A stretch of 16,122 nucleotides of DNA from NCBI GenBank assembly GCA_021413725.1, contig JAIOPU010000181.1:1-16122 (forward strand), in the 5' to 3' direction. The notes below the pieces were generated by a model that did no database searches, was not told the DNA's origin, and was given only the letters and a program-made list of their open reading frames with translations. The DNA comes from Armatimonadota bacterium (GTDB taxonomy: Bacteria; Armatimonadota; Fimbriimonadia; Fimbriimonadales; Fimbriimonadaceae). Positions 6,647-15,377 of this stretch are shown here, piece by piece. Both the position numbers and the translations under genes were made by a program. How positions within the stretch are numbered: the stretch's first letter is position 1; each line of letters starts with the position of its first letter.

Positions 6647-7593
6647 AGCTATTACGGCCTATCCTTCTCCGCCTCGTCTACGCCCTCGTGAGCTTGCTGT
6701 TCATCTCGGCGATAACGTTCGTCGCGGCAGATCTCGCCCCTGGCGACGCGGCAAGAATCGTCGCCGGAGAAAAAGCTTCCCCCGAAGCCTATCAGATGAT
6801 TCGAAAGCAAATGAAACTGGACCGACCCATGTGGGAGCGCTACGGTTCATTCATTGCAGGAGCGGTGAAGGGCGATTTTGGCAACAGCTATCACGGAATC
6901 AAAGAGCCGGTTGCGGTGCAACTCAAGGCGAACCTGCCGATGACGCTTCGTATATCTCTCTGGGCGATATTATTGGCGGCGTTTGTGGGAATCTCGCTTG
7001 GGTTGCTTGCCGGACTAAAAGAAAATAAACCGCTGGATCGGTTGATTCTGGGCTTCAGCACCTTCGGGGTCACGGTCCCGAACTTCGTCCTCGGGCCTTT
7101 GCTGGTCCTAATCTTCGCGACCAAACTCGACAAACTCCCCACCTCGTGGGCGGTAGAGCGTGTTGCGCCAGATTACTACTATCTGATCCTGCCCGTCATC
7201 ATCCTTTCGCTTCGGCCGATGGCAACCCTGACCCGGCTCATGCGAGCCACGACGATTGACACACTCCAGCAAGAATTCGTCAAGCTCGCGACCGCCAAAG
7301 GCGTCCCCCGCCCTCGCCTGATTCTGCGCCATGTGATGCCGAACGCTATCCTCCCCGTTGTGACCGCTATCGGTACCAGCTTTGGGTTTTTGTTGACTGG
7401 TTCTTTTGTCGTCGAGACCTTTTTTCTTCTTCCGGGAATCGGCCACGAGGCGATTGAGGCGATCCAAAAGCGCGACACGCCGGTGATTCTCGCCACCACC
7501 CTGGTTGCGGGTGCAATGTTCGTCATTGTCAACCTGATCGTGGACATTCTCCAGCCGATCCTTGACCCGCGCATTCGTGAGGCGCAGATTTGA
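6643..7593 (+). CDS. ABC transporter permease of the DppB/OppB type (peptide/nickel family).
   Basis: A 6 transmembrane helix profile with the EAA loop EFVKLATAKGVPRPRLILRHVMPNAILP. I prefer the TTG start at 6643 (MKLLRPILLRLVYALVSLLF, the typical DppB N-terminus), which overlaps the rsmG TGA as TTGA, over the upstream in-frame TTG at 6595 listed in the ORF track. Confidence 0.8.
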   Translation: MKLLRPILLRLVYALVSLLFISAITFVAADLAPGDAARIVAGEKASPEAYQMIRKQMKLDRPMWERYGSFIAGAVKGDFGNSYHGIKEPVAVQLKANLPMTLRISLWAILLAAFVGISLGLLAGLKENKPLDRLILGFSTFGVTVPNFVLGPLLVLIFATKLDKLPTSWAVERVAPDYYYLILPVIILSLRPMATLTRLMRATTIDTLQQEFVKLATAKGVPRPRLILRHVMPNAILPVVTAIGTSFGFLLTGSFVVETFFLLPGIGHEAIEAIQKRDTPVILATTLVAGAMFVIVNLIVDILQPILDPRIREAQI

Positions 7594-8399
7594 AGTTCAA
7601 CTGGCTCGCCCGCCTTGGCGCGATTTACTTGGTCATTCTGACCCTTGCGGCCGTCTTGATCCCCATTTTTCGACCCTACGACCGCAAAGTAGGACCGGTT
7701 CTCGCTTCCCCATCGATGCAATTCTGGCTCGGGACCGACGATAAGGGCTACGACATTCTGGCCCGCCTCGCATACGGAGCTAGGATATCTTTGACAGTCG
7801 GAATTTCCGTCCAGCTCATCGCCCTTGTGATCGGAATTACACTTGGGATTGTCGCAGTCTATGGTCCCAAATGGCTCCGCAACGTCATTCTCAGGTTCAC
7901 CGACGGCATGTTCGCGTTCCCCGATATCCTCCTCGCGATCATGATCATAGGCATCTTCAACGATCGTGGGATGCGTCCCGTCATCATTGCACTCTCCATC
8001 ACAGCTTGGCCCGCCGTAGTCCGACTCGTCAAAACCCAAGCCGCGACGCTCAAAGACCGTGAGTTCGTGGTCTCCTCGCAAGCCCTCGGTGCCTCGACTT
8101 TCTACACCGTCACTCGCCACATGCTGCCCCATCTTGTCGGAATACTGATGGCGGTGCTCATGGTAGAACTCGCCGGAACGATTCTTGCCGAAAGCGCGTT
8201 AAGTTTCATCGGTATCGGCGTTCAGCCTCCAACTCCTAGTTGGGGCAATCTGATCAGCGATGCCAAGAATTTGATGAACTCGAACCCCATGGTTCTTTTC
8301 TGGCCTTGCCTCATCCTGAGTGTGACAATTTTCGCCTTGAACTTTGTCGGAGACGGACTCCGCGCTCACTTTGACCCCAAAGGGAGCGAACCGAATTAG
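7590..8399 (+). CDS. ABC transporter permease of the DppC/OppC type.
   Basis: 269 aa with the motif QALGASTFYTVTRHMLPHLVGILMAV (the DppC EAA-region signature). Its TTG start overlaps the upstream stop (TTGA). Confidence 0.85.
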   Translation: MKFNWLARLGAIYLVILTLAAVLIPIFRPYDRKVGPVLASPSMQFWLGTDDKGYDILARLAYGARISLTVGISVQLIALVIGITLGIVAVYGPKWLRNVILRFTDGMFAFPDILLAIMIIGIFNDRGMRPVIIALSITAWPAVVRLVKTQAATLKDREFVVSSQALGASTFYTVTRHMLPHLVGILMAVLMVELAGTILAESALSFIGIGVQPPTPSWGNLISDAKNLMNSNPMVLFWPCLILSVTIFALNFVGDGLRAHFDPKGSEPN

Positions 8400-8421
8400 C
8401 ATAGATCGCCAGAAGCAGGCC

Positions 8422-8616
8422 ATGGCGATGGCTTCATCATTCGGAATTATGTGCAGAGAGAATCGTCAAGACTGCCTTGTTTGCCCCCATTGTGGGTGGA
8501 GCAAAGCTCAGTTCATGGCAACCCGATATTACGGATGTGCTCTTTGCTACTCAATTTTTGAATACGAAACGGCGTCTTTGGACGTCTATAATCCAGGATC
8601 CAAAGCGCAGACTTAG
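8422..8616 (+). CDS. Possible small zinc-ribbon protein (64 aa).
   Basis: MAMASSFGIMCRENRQDCLVCPHCGWSKAQFMATRYYGCALCYSIF..., in which CxxCxxC is separated from CxxC by 17 residues. It sits in the 240-bp gap between dppC and the lipoprotein gene. There is no clear RBS. Confidence 0.25.
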   Translation: MAMASSFGIMCRENRQDCLVCPHCGWSKAQFMATRYYGCALCYSIFEYETASLDVYNPGSKAQT

Positions 8617-8638
8617 GTATCTTAGCAGTGTGTCGTTA

Positions 8639-9415
8639 ATGAAGAAGACAGTTTTAAGTGTATTAGCCCTCTTGGGAGCCGCAATTTTTGTCACCGGATG
8701 CGGTGGGAGCACGTCGACCAACGTCCTCCCCGATCCCGTGATTCGATTCATTAATGCCTCACCAGATTCAACTCTTGATGCAAAGCTCAATGAAGTCGCT
8801 CACGCGACAGCTGTGCCCTACTTGAGTTCAACTGCCGGTTTTACTACGGTGAAGTTTATCGAGGAAGCCGACGGCGGTTTTGACTGCACGGTCATCGTTC
8901 CAGGAACAGAGAACGAGGTGCGGGACGCGCAGCTTTTCACGCGGGACCTCAGCTATCTGTGGATTGCATTTGGGCTCAATAACAATAATAACGAACAGAC
9001 CAAGCGCCTTGACCAGGTCTTCTTTGCCATTAACCGCGAGGCCCCCATTGGAAGCAAGTCGCATCTCATCATTTTCAATGCGTTGGCCGAGCGCGATGGT
9101 CAGGAGAACTCCCCCATCGACTTCCAATCATACGATCCTGCCAACCCGGCTTCTGCAGATAACCCGCAGTATCAAAAGCAAGCCCTAGTTTTTGGGGCGT
9201 ACGATTCCACCAAGAGTAACCTCGATATCGATAGCGGCACCCGAACTTTCCAGGCTCGCCAAAACGGTTCGGATGCGGCTTTGGTCTACGCGGAGGGCAC
9301 ATTCACGTTCGTTCCGGGCAAGATTTACGTTGCCCTGGTTAGCGGAAAAGTAAACGATGTCGATCCTGCAAAGAGGCCCAAAATCACATTTATTGAGATT
9401 GCTACGAAAGGCTAG
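8639..9415 (+). CDS. Hypothetical lipoprotein.
   Basis: ATG at 8639 gives MKKTVLSVLALLGAAIFVTGCGGSTS, a signal peptide with lipobox VTGC. The upstream 162 nt of the track ORF (8477..) is probably a spurious extension. It contains a poly-Asn stretch (LNNNNNEQ). Confidence 0.6.
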   Translation: MKKTVLSVLALLGAAIFVTGCGGSTSTNVLPDPVIRFINASPDSTLDAKLNEVAHATAVPYLSSTAGFTTVKFIEEADGGFDCTVIVPGTENEVRDAQLFTRDLSYLWIAFGLNNNNNEQTKRLDQVFFAINREAPIGSKSHLIIFNALAERDGQENSPIDFQSYDPANPASADNPQYQKQALVFGAYDSTKSNLDIDSGTRTFQARQNGSDAALVYAEGTFTFVPGKIYVALVSGKVNDVDPAKRPKITFIEIATKG

Positions 9416-9502
9416 TCGGTGGCTTGATCCCGGTACAGTTCGCCGGTTCCGGGTATCTTGTTGGTCTATGTTACTTTTGCGCCCCGAATTCGGAGCCATT
9501 CT

Positions 9503-10102
9503 TTGAAAATTGGAGTGCTTGGCGGGACATTTGACCCGCCCCATCTAACCCATCTCGCCGTAGCTAAGGCAGCCATTGAGCAGCTTGGCTTGGACGAGGT
9601 CATATTCATTCCTACGGCCCAAAACCCGCTCAAAAAGACCCACAGCAAAGTTTCCGCGAAAAGGCGTTTCCAGATGGTCAAGCTGATGATCGCTGACGAA
9701 CCCAACATGTCGATTTCGGACGTCGAACTTTCGCGTCCCGGCCCCAGCTACGCGGTTGATACCTTGCAAGAATTGCAGTTTGCCCGACCTGCCGAATACT
9801 GGTTTATCCTGGGAAGTGATGCGGCGATTACATTGCCCGAATGGAAGCATCCGGAAAAACTTGGCAAACTCGCTAGGCTCGCCGTGGTGCTCAGGCCCCC
9901 GCAAGATGAGGGTTTGACACTTCGGTATATTCCCGAACTTCTTCACCCGTATGTGGACTTTATCAAGTTCCATCCAAGCATGATTTCATCGACCATCGTT
10001 CGGGACAACATAGAACGAGGAAGAGACGAATCCCATCACGTTGACCCTGCCGTCTGGCAGTTCATCCAGACCCACGAACTTTATGCCCGAACCCAAAAAT
10101 AG
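9503..10102 (+). CDS. nadD: Nicotinate-nucleotide adenylyltransferase.
   Basis: TTG at 9503 preceded by GGAG at 7-nt spacing. The product MKIGVLGGTFDPPHLTHL carries the (H/T)xGH nucleotidyltransferase motif. The track ORF starts 45 nt earlier in the same frame. Confidence 0.85.
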   Translation: MKIGVLGGTFDPPHLTHLAVAKAAIEQLGLDEVIFIPTAQNPLKKTHSKVSAKRRFQMVKLMIADEPNMSISDVELSRPGPSYAVDTLQELQFARPAEYWFILGSDAAITLPEWKHPEKLGKLARLAVVLRPPQDEGLTLRYIPELLHPYVDFIKFHPSMISSTIVRDNIERGRDESHHVDPAVWQFIQTHELYARTQK

Positions 10103-10448
10103 CCGTACCTCAACCGAAAAAGCCGAAATGATCATCGCCTTTGCCGATGACATCAAAGCCGAACGAATCGAATCCTTGGATATTCGCAAAAAGACTTCTG
10201 TCGCGGACTACTTTATCGTCTGTTCCGGAACGAGTGACGTCCATGTCAATGCGATTCTTGGACGAGTTGAAGAGAAAATGAAAGAGGCAGGGGTTAGACC
10301 AACCCGGTCCGACACCAACCCAGGCGGATGGGTGCTTTTGGATTTCGGAGACGTTGTTTTCCACGTCATGCGCGAAGAACGTCGGCAGTTTTACGATATT
10401 GAAACGCTCTGGAATACGAAAGAACTTGATCCAACTCTCGAAGATTAA
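10083..10448 (+). CDS. rsfS: Ribosomal silencing factor RsfS (Iojap).
   Basis: ATG at 10083 gives MPEPKNSRTSTEKAEMIIAFADD...DYFIVCSGTSDVHVNAI...GWVLLDFGDVVFHVM...FYDIETLW, a typical RsfS. It overlaps the nadD 3' end by 20 nt, and nadD-rsfS is a conserved pair. Confidence 0.8.
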   Translation: MPEPKNSRTSTEKAEMIIAFADDIKAERIESLDIRKKTSVADYFIVCSGTSDVHVNAILGRVEEKMKEAGVRPTRSDTNPGGWVLLDFGDVVFHVMREERRQFYDIETLWNTKELDPTLED

Positions 10449-10460
10449 CGTCTAGCTTTT

Positions 10461-11159
10461 ATGGAACCGACCGGAGGCAATTTGGAAGAAACTCCTCATC
10501 CGCCAGGAAAACCCTCGCTTGAACTGATTGCCGCGCTCGAAAAGATCGAACGTGATTACCAGATTGCCAAGCGACGTGGCGATAGGAAATCCGCGCGTGA
10601 TGCCATTTCTCGTGCCGAAGAACTCGCACCCGGTTCCCCGCTCGTCATGGAGTTTCGAGGCGATGCTCTTGCCGATGCTGGCAGTATCGACGAGGCCATC
10701 AAGCTCTACAAACAGGCTCTTGAAGTGGGTCCAGAAAACAAATCTTTGGAGACGAAGCACGCGGAGTTGGTATTAAAGAAGGCGATGGCGGGAGATCCCT
10801 TTCAGGTCCGCGATTATGACGCCGCAGCTACGCCCAAGCAAGCCGTCAAGCTCTCCCTGTTCGTCCCCGGCCTTGGACAATATGTGAGTGGGCGCGAAAA
10901 CCAAGGGCTTATCATGTTCGGCGGATGGATCGGTTCAATTCTCATTTCGATGCTCATTCCCAGTGGGTTGGGCGATCTCCTGCGCGCCATTGGTGGCCGA
11001 GGTGGATCTTATAGCCCGTTTGTCATTCTCCCCATCATCAGTGCTTTTTGCTGTCATATGTGGTCCATCATCGAGGCCTCAACTCGCGCAAAGCAGGTCG
11101 AAAAGCCAAAAACCATCGCCCGTCCCGTGCCACCGGTGGATAAAGATTTCGAACTTTGA
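10461..11159 (+). CDS. Hypothetical protein with a TPR-like N-terminal half and two C-terminal transmembrane helices.
   Basis: 232 aa. The N-terminal helical repeats (AISRAEELAPGSPLVMEFRGDALADAGSIDEAIKLYKQALEVGPEN) resemble TPR. The C-terminal hydrophobic segments are LIMFGGWIGSILISMLIPSGL and FVILPIISAFCCHMWSII. Confidence 0.5.
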   Translation: MEPTGGNLEETPHPPGKPSLELIAALEKIERDYQIAKRRGDRKSARDAISRAEELAPGSPLVMEFRGDALADAGSIDEAIKLYKQALEVGPENKSLETKHAELVLKKAMAGDPFQVRDYDAAATPKQAVKLSLFVPGLGQYVSGRENQGLIMFGGWIGSILISMLIPSGLGDLLRAIGGRGGSYSPFVILPIISAFCCHMWSIIEASTRAKQVEKPKTIARPVPPVDKDFEL

Positions 11160-11253
11160 ACTGAATTTACAGTAAACTCCTAAGACCTAGTAATTTATCC
11201 AGGAGGAACGGGCAATTCCGTGCCGATATAGTATTTACTCGGAAATTAAGAAT

Positions 11254-11832
11254 ATGGGAATTCCTTACGTAATCGAAAAGACTCAGCAAGGCGAACGCAG
11301 CTACGACATCTGGAGCCGACTGCTCAAGGACAGAATTATTTATATGGGTACCGGCGTCGACGACTATGTCGCGAACCTGATTGTCGCCCAAATCCTCTTC
11401 TTGGAAAAGGAAGACCCGGACAAGGACATTCAGATGTACGTCAACTCCCCGGGTGGCTCAGTCTCGGCCGGCCTGGCAATCCTCGACACCATGAATCTTG
11501 TGAAGTGTGACGTCAGCACGATCTGTGTGGGCATGGCCGCCTCTATGGGGGCAGTACTCCTCGCCGGCGGCGCGAAAGGCAAGCGATATGTCCTTCCCAA
11601 CGCGAGAGTGATGATTCATCAAGTCAGCGGCGGTACTCAGGGCACGGTTTCTGACATGAAAATTGCTGTAAAAGAGGCTGATCGTTATCAAGAAGTTCTT
11701 TCGAAAATCTTGGCTGAAGCTTGTGAAAAAACGCAAGATCAGGTTAAAAAAGATATGGATCGGGACTATTGGATGTCGGCGGAAGAATCCGTCGCATATG
11801 GAATTGTAGATAAAATCGTTGCTCGGGCATAA
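11254..11832 (+). CDS. clpP: ATP-dependent Clp protease proteolytic subunit.
   Basis: 192 aa. [31 protein letters not shown]...[18 protein letters not shown]...[11 protein letters not shown]...RVMIHQ contains the Ser-His-Asp triad context (GxSxG as MAASMG, and His in MIHQ). Confidence 0.95.
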   Translation: MGIPYVIEKTQQGERSYDIWSRLLKDRIIYMGTGVDDYVANLIVAQILFLEKEDPDKDIQMYVNSPGGSVSAGLAILDTMNLVKCDVSTICVGMAASMGAVLLAGGAKGKRYVLPNARVMIHQVSGGTQGTVSDMKIAVKEADRYQEVLSKILAEACEKTQDQVKKDMDRDYWMSAEESVAYGIVDKIVARA

Positions 11833-11870
11833 AGAACTGAGTTTGAACGTACGATAATTAGAAGAACCTC

Positions 11871-13163
11871 ATGGCGAGAACAGTAGAAAGACGCGACCAA
11901 TGCTGCCTTTGCGGCAAAACCAAAGATCAGGTGAAGAAACTCATCGTCGGCCTTCATGGCGCGGTGTGTTCCGATTGCATCGATCTTTGCAACGATATCC
12001 TTCAGCACGAAACTGGCGGAACCCCTGCCGAGAAACAGGCTGTGGCGAAGGTTGCAGCAGTTCTTGGCGCAGGCAAGTCCGGCAAGATTCTCAAGCCCAA
12101 GGAAATCGTCAACCACCTCGACCAGTACGTCATCGGTCAGGACCACGCCAAGCGGTCGCTGTCGGTCGCTGTGTACAACCACTATAAGCGAATCAGCCAA
12201 GCTGAAGTCTCTGATGTAGAACTGCAAAAGAGCAATATTTTGCTTGTCGGGCCTACCGGAAGCGGTAAGACTCTTCTCGCCCAAACTCTAGCGCGAATGC
12301 TCGAAGTTCCCTTCGCCATCGCCGACGCAACCGCCCTCACCGAGGCGGGTTATGTGGGTGAAGACGTTGAGAACATCTTGCTCAAGCTCTGGCAGTCCGC
12401 TGAGTCCATGGATCCAAAGCGAGCCAAGGAGCTTTGCGAACGCGGCATTATTTACGTCGATGAAATCGATAAAATCACCCGCAAGAGCGACAACCCTTCG
12501 ATCACGCGAGACGTGAGCGGTGAAGGCGTTCAGCAAGCTTTGCTGAAAATTCTTGAAGGAACAACCGCCAACGTCCCGCCCCAAGGCGGACGCAAGCACC
12601 CGCAACAGGAATACATCCAGATCGACACGCGAAACATCTTGTTCATCTGCGGTGGAGCCTTTGAGGGCATGGAAGACATCATCCGACGTCGCCGTAAGGA
12701 GAACGTCATGGGCTTTCTCAGCAACCCGCAATCCAAGAAGGACGAAAACCTTCTGATTTTGCGAGAAGTGACCCCCGACGACCTTTTGCGCTACGGTCTC
12801 ATTCCCGAGTTCATCGGACGACTCCCTGTCATCACGACCCTTGATCCACTTGACGAAGATGCCTTGCTAAAGATTCTAACCGAGCCTAAGAACTCGATTA
12901 TCAAGCAGTACATGCGCCTTTTCGAGCTGGATGGAGTGAAACTCGAAATCGCAAAAGAGGCATTGCAGGAGATTGCGCACGAGGCGATCAAGCGAAAGAC
13001 CGGGGCCCGCGCGCTACGATCTATCCTCGAAAACCTGATGCTGGAAATCATGTACGAAGTCCCGAGCACAGACATCAAAAAGGTCATGGTTCCCGCTGGA
13101 GCTTTGGCCGGAACGGCTCATCCGACGATGCTGACCGAAGAGGATATGAAGAAGGCCAGCTAA
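11871..13163 (+). CDS. clpX: ATP-dependent Clp protease ATP-binding subunit ClpX.
   Basis: 430 aa. N-terminal C4 zinc-binding domain (CCLCGK...CSDCIDLC), Walker A motif [10 protein letters not shown] and Walker B motif [10 protein letters not shown]. It lies 38 nt downstream of clpP. Confidence 0.95.
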   Translation: MARTVERRDQCCLCGKTKDQVKKLIVGLHGAVCSDCIDLCNDILQHETGGTPAEKQAVAKVAAVLGAGKSGKILKPKEIVNHLDQYVIGQDHAKRSLSVAVYNHYKRISQAEVSDVELQKSNILLVGPTGSGKTLLAQTLARMLEVPFAIADATALTEAGYVGEDVENILLKLWQSAESMDPKRAKELCERGIIYVDEIDKITRKSDNPSITRDVSGEGVQQALLKILEGTTANVPPQGGRKHPQQEYIQIDTRNILFICGGAFEGMEDIIRRRRKENVMGFLSNPQSKKDENLLILREVTPDDLLRYGLIPEFIGRLPVITTLDPLDEDALLKILTEPKNSIIKQYMRLFELDGVKLEIAKEALQEIAHEAIKRKTGARALRSILENLMLEIMYEVPSTDIKKVMVPAGALAGTAHPTMLTEEDMKKAS

Positions 13164-13180
13164 GGCAAGTCCCTTTAATC

Positions 13181-13219
13181 AAAATAGGGCGGCTCCAAAA
13201 TGAGCCGCCCTATTTTTTA
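13181..13219. terminator. Bidirectional rho-independent terminator between the convergent clpX and flotillin genes.
   Basis: AAAATAGGGCGGCTC-caaaat-GAGCCGCCCTATTTT is a perfect 15-bp stem, with an A-tract on the 5' side and a T-tract on the 3' side. It is followed by TTTTTAT. Confidence 0.7.
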
Positions 13220-13236
13220 TTCGGTAAGCAACGAGA

Positions 13237-15195
13237 TTACTCAGCCTTCGGCTTTCCTATTGCCTCTGGTTCCGCAGTAGCACCCTGCTTCTCCTGGATC
13301 ATTTGCAGCAACTGCAACCCCATCAGGCCGCTCAGACTACCGTCCGTCCCGCCGCCACTTCCACTGACGATCAAGTCGGGGATGATCTTGACCTTGCCCT
13401 TGGCAATCTCTTCGGTAACCTTCAATCGGGTGAAGTTTGCTTCGCCCATCGCCTTGACCTGCAGTTCATACGCCTCGGCGGTTGATTGACCAATCGCCAT
13501 AATCTTCTCGGCCTCAGCAAGACCCGTTTTAGAAATTCGCTCAGCTTCTGCCGTTGCATTCATCTTTACGAACTCGGCTTGGGCAGCACCCTTTGCTTTG
13601 GTAGCTTCCGCTTCGGCGTTGGCCCTCATCTTGACCGCTTCCGACTCCGCGTTAACGTTGAGCTTGAGACTCGCGGCGTCGCCTTCGGCCTTCTTGATCG
13701 TCGCGTCTGCAGTGCGCTGAGCAATTTCAACACTTTGCGATGCTTTCACGATCTCTCGTTGCATGTCGGCGATAGCCGTTTCCTTTTCCATGCCTTGACG
13801 CTTCTCTTGCGCCATGCGCTGATTCTCATAAGTCTTCTCTTCTTCCTGAGCGATCTTTCTATCCGTAAGAGTCTTCATCAGGGCTTCGGGAGGGACGATA
13901 TCTCCGATCAGGGTGTCAACCGCGTTCACGTTGTACTCGTCAAGAACCTCTCTGATGTGGTCCTTCGCTGCCGTCTGACGCTCCTTTCGAGTGCTCAGGA
14001 AGCTGATAACGTCGCTGTCCTGTGCGCTATTACGGAAGTAGTTTCCAATCGTCGGCTCCAGCACCTGCGAAACTAGGTTGTTCATGCTACCGAATCTCGC
14101 AATAACCTTTGGGGCTTCAGTTGCGGGAATATGAATGATCTGCGCAACGTCGAGGTTGAATGGAAAGCCGTCCTTACTGCGAACAGTGATCGTGCTAAGG
14201 TTTTTGTCTAGGTTGTGGGCCTCACTGCGCGCGTTCGCCCAGTTCAGGACCAGGTTAGTCGTCGGAACAAGTTCCACCTTCATCGTAAAGGTATTGACCG
14301 GGTATTTACCCGGACCCAATGGCTCCATCCAGACACCGCGAAAACCCTTGCCGACAATATTTCCGTGCTTAAACACGTCACCGGTCAGGTCCTGGCCGTC
14401 TTCGCCAATATACGAAATCACAACGCCAACATATCCAATCGGAACGTCCGTCATCGGAATTTCCTCGATCTGGATTCCCCAAGGGTTGATAAAGTAGCTT
14501 CCCGCGAGAATCACCGTCGGCTGAAGTCCTCGGTTACCGCCATTTCTCAGGAACGCGTCCACGTCTTGGAAGTTGTTATGACCCTCAATCTGCTCACCTG
14601 CGATCTGACCCTTCCGAATGGGTTGCCCGTCCAGAGCGGTAATAATTCCGACCATATTCTCGCGAATGATCGTGATGTCGGTCAGCGTAATAGTAAACGC
14701 CATAGTGTTGATTCGGTAGGTACCCGACGGCAATATTTGAGTCTGTCGCCCCTTCTGACCACGCTGTTCTAAGAACCCAACGGCGTCTTGGAAGTTATCG
14801 CATTCCACGCGAGTTGCGAGAATGTGACCGGTCTGCAATTCAAAGCCGTCATTGCTCAATATCAGTCCGATTTTGCCCTGAGGAATAACCGTAAACGGCT
14901 CCATAGTGACTGCATACTGCCAGGGCCACATCATCCAGTAGAGTCCGGGTGCGAGCGTTCGCGCTTGGATTCCTGCTTCACCTTTGGTGGCGAGAATCCT
15001 TCCATCGGGTAGGTTTCGGTTCGAACCGACGAGAACAAACTTCTTCGTGACCAGTCCAATTTTATCTTCGGGAACAATAACCATTCCCAAGAAGAGTCGG
15101 AGGATGGGCTTGAAAAAGATAATGAAAATGAACGGGATAAGTACCCACCAATAGCCAAGAAGTTGGTCGGGAGACATTGATTGTGCAAACAACAT
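13237..15195 (-). CDS. Flotillin-family (SPFH/band 7, YqiK-like) membrane protein with an expanded N-terminal region.
   Basis: 652 aa. N-terminal membrane anchor YWWVLIPFIFIIFFKPIL; an SPFH core (FNLDVAQIIHIPATEAPKVIARFGSMNNLVSQVLEPTIGNYFRNSA); a long Ala/Glu/Lys-rich coiled-coil tail (AEAEATKAKGAAQAEF...). Three tandem ~65-aa modules are described in the findings. Confidence 0.75.
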   Translation of the reverse strand: MLFAQSMSPDQLLGYWWVLIPFIFIIFFKPILRLFLGMVIVPEDKIGLVTKKFVLVGSNRNLPDGRILATKGEAGIQARTLAPGLYWMMWPWQYAVTMEPFTVIPQGKIGLILSNDGFELQTGHILATRVECDNFQDAVGFLEQRGQKGRQTQILPSGTYRINTMAFTITLTDITIIRENMVGIITALDGQPIRKGQIAGEQIEGHNNFQDVDAFLRNGGNRGLQPTVILAGSYFINPWGIQIEEIPMTDVPIGYVGVVISYIGEDGQDLTGDVFKHGNIVGKGFRGVWMEPLGPGKYPVNTFTMKVELVPTTNLVLNWANARSEAHNLDKNLSTITVRSKDGFPFNLDVAQIIHIPATEAPKVIARFGSMNNLVSQVLEPTIGNYFRNSAQDSDVISFLSTRKERQTAAKDHIREVLDEYNVNAVDTLIGDIVPPEALMKTLTDRKIAQEEEKTYENQRMAQEKRQGMEKETAIADMQREIVKASQSVEIAQRTADATIKKAEGDAASLKLNVNAESEAVKMRANAEAEATKAKGAAQAEFVKMNATAEAERISKTGLAEAEKIMAIGQSTAEAYELQVKAMGEANFTRLKVTEEIAKGKVKIIPDLIVSGSGGGTDGSLSGLMGLQLLQMIQEKQGATAEPEAIGKPKAE

Positions 15196-15377
15196 TTGAT
15201 TTTCCGTCAGTCTATCACGAACGACTGTTACGAATGATTACTTCTTGCGGGTTGTTTTGGTTGCAATCAAAGTCCGCGAGAAGCATCGTGGCACGCGGGG
15301 AAGGTGGCTTAGCTGGTGGCAAGCATACCGTACTCCTGACGGCTGGAAATTTGGTCGGAAGTAGGTAAGATCGTTCC

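Noticed and set aside
7179-8132. 317-aa minus-strand ORF, plus 7108..7467 and 6229..6636 (minus strand)
   Set aside because: They are antisense to the ABC permeases and rsmG, whose EAA-loop and SAM-binding motifs fix the coding strand.
8477-8638. N-terminal 54-aa extension of the lipoprotein ORF (track start 8477)
   Set aside because: The signal peptide and lipobox begin at the internal ATG at 8639, and the upstream extension lacks an RBS and is hydrophilic. The analogous upstream extensions of the permease (6595..6642) and nadD (9458..9502) ORFs were treated the same way.
9416-9460. CCCGG...CCGGG inverted repeat after the lipoprotein gene as a possible terminator
   Set aside because: Only a 5-bp stem with a long loop and no clean T-tract.
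9185-9973. Minus-strand ORFs 9185..9544 and 9545..9973
   Set aside because: They overlap the lipoprotein and nadD genes on the opposite strand, and I recognised no motifs.
11766-12731. Minus-strand ORFs of 172 aa and 147 aa, plus the plus-strand ORFs 11900..12187 and 11956..12219
   Set aside because: They are antisense to, or out of frame within, clpX, which has unmistakable Walker A/B motifs.
13486-14772. Plus-strand ORFs of 196 aa and 185 aa, with 14135..14497
   Set aside because: They are antisense shadows inside the 652-aa flotillin gene.
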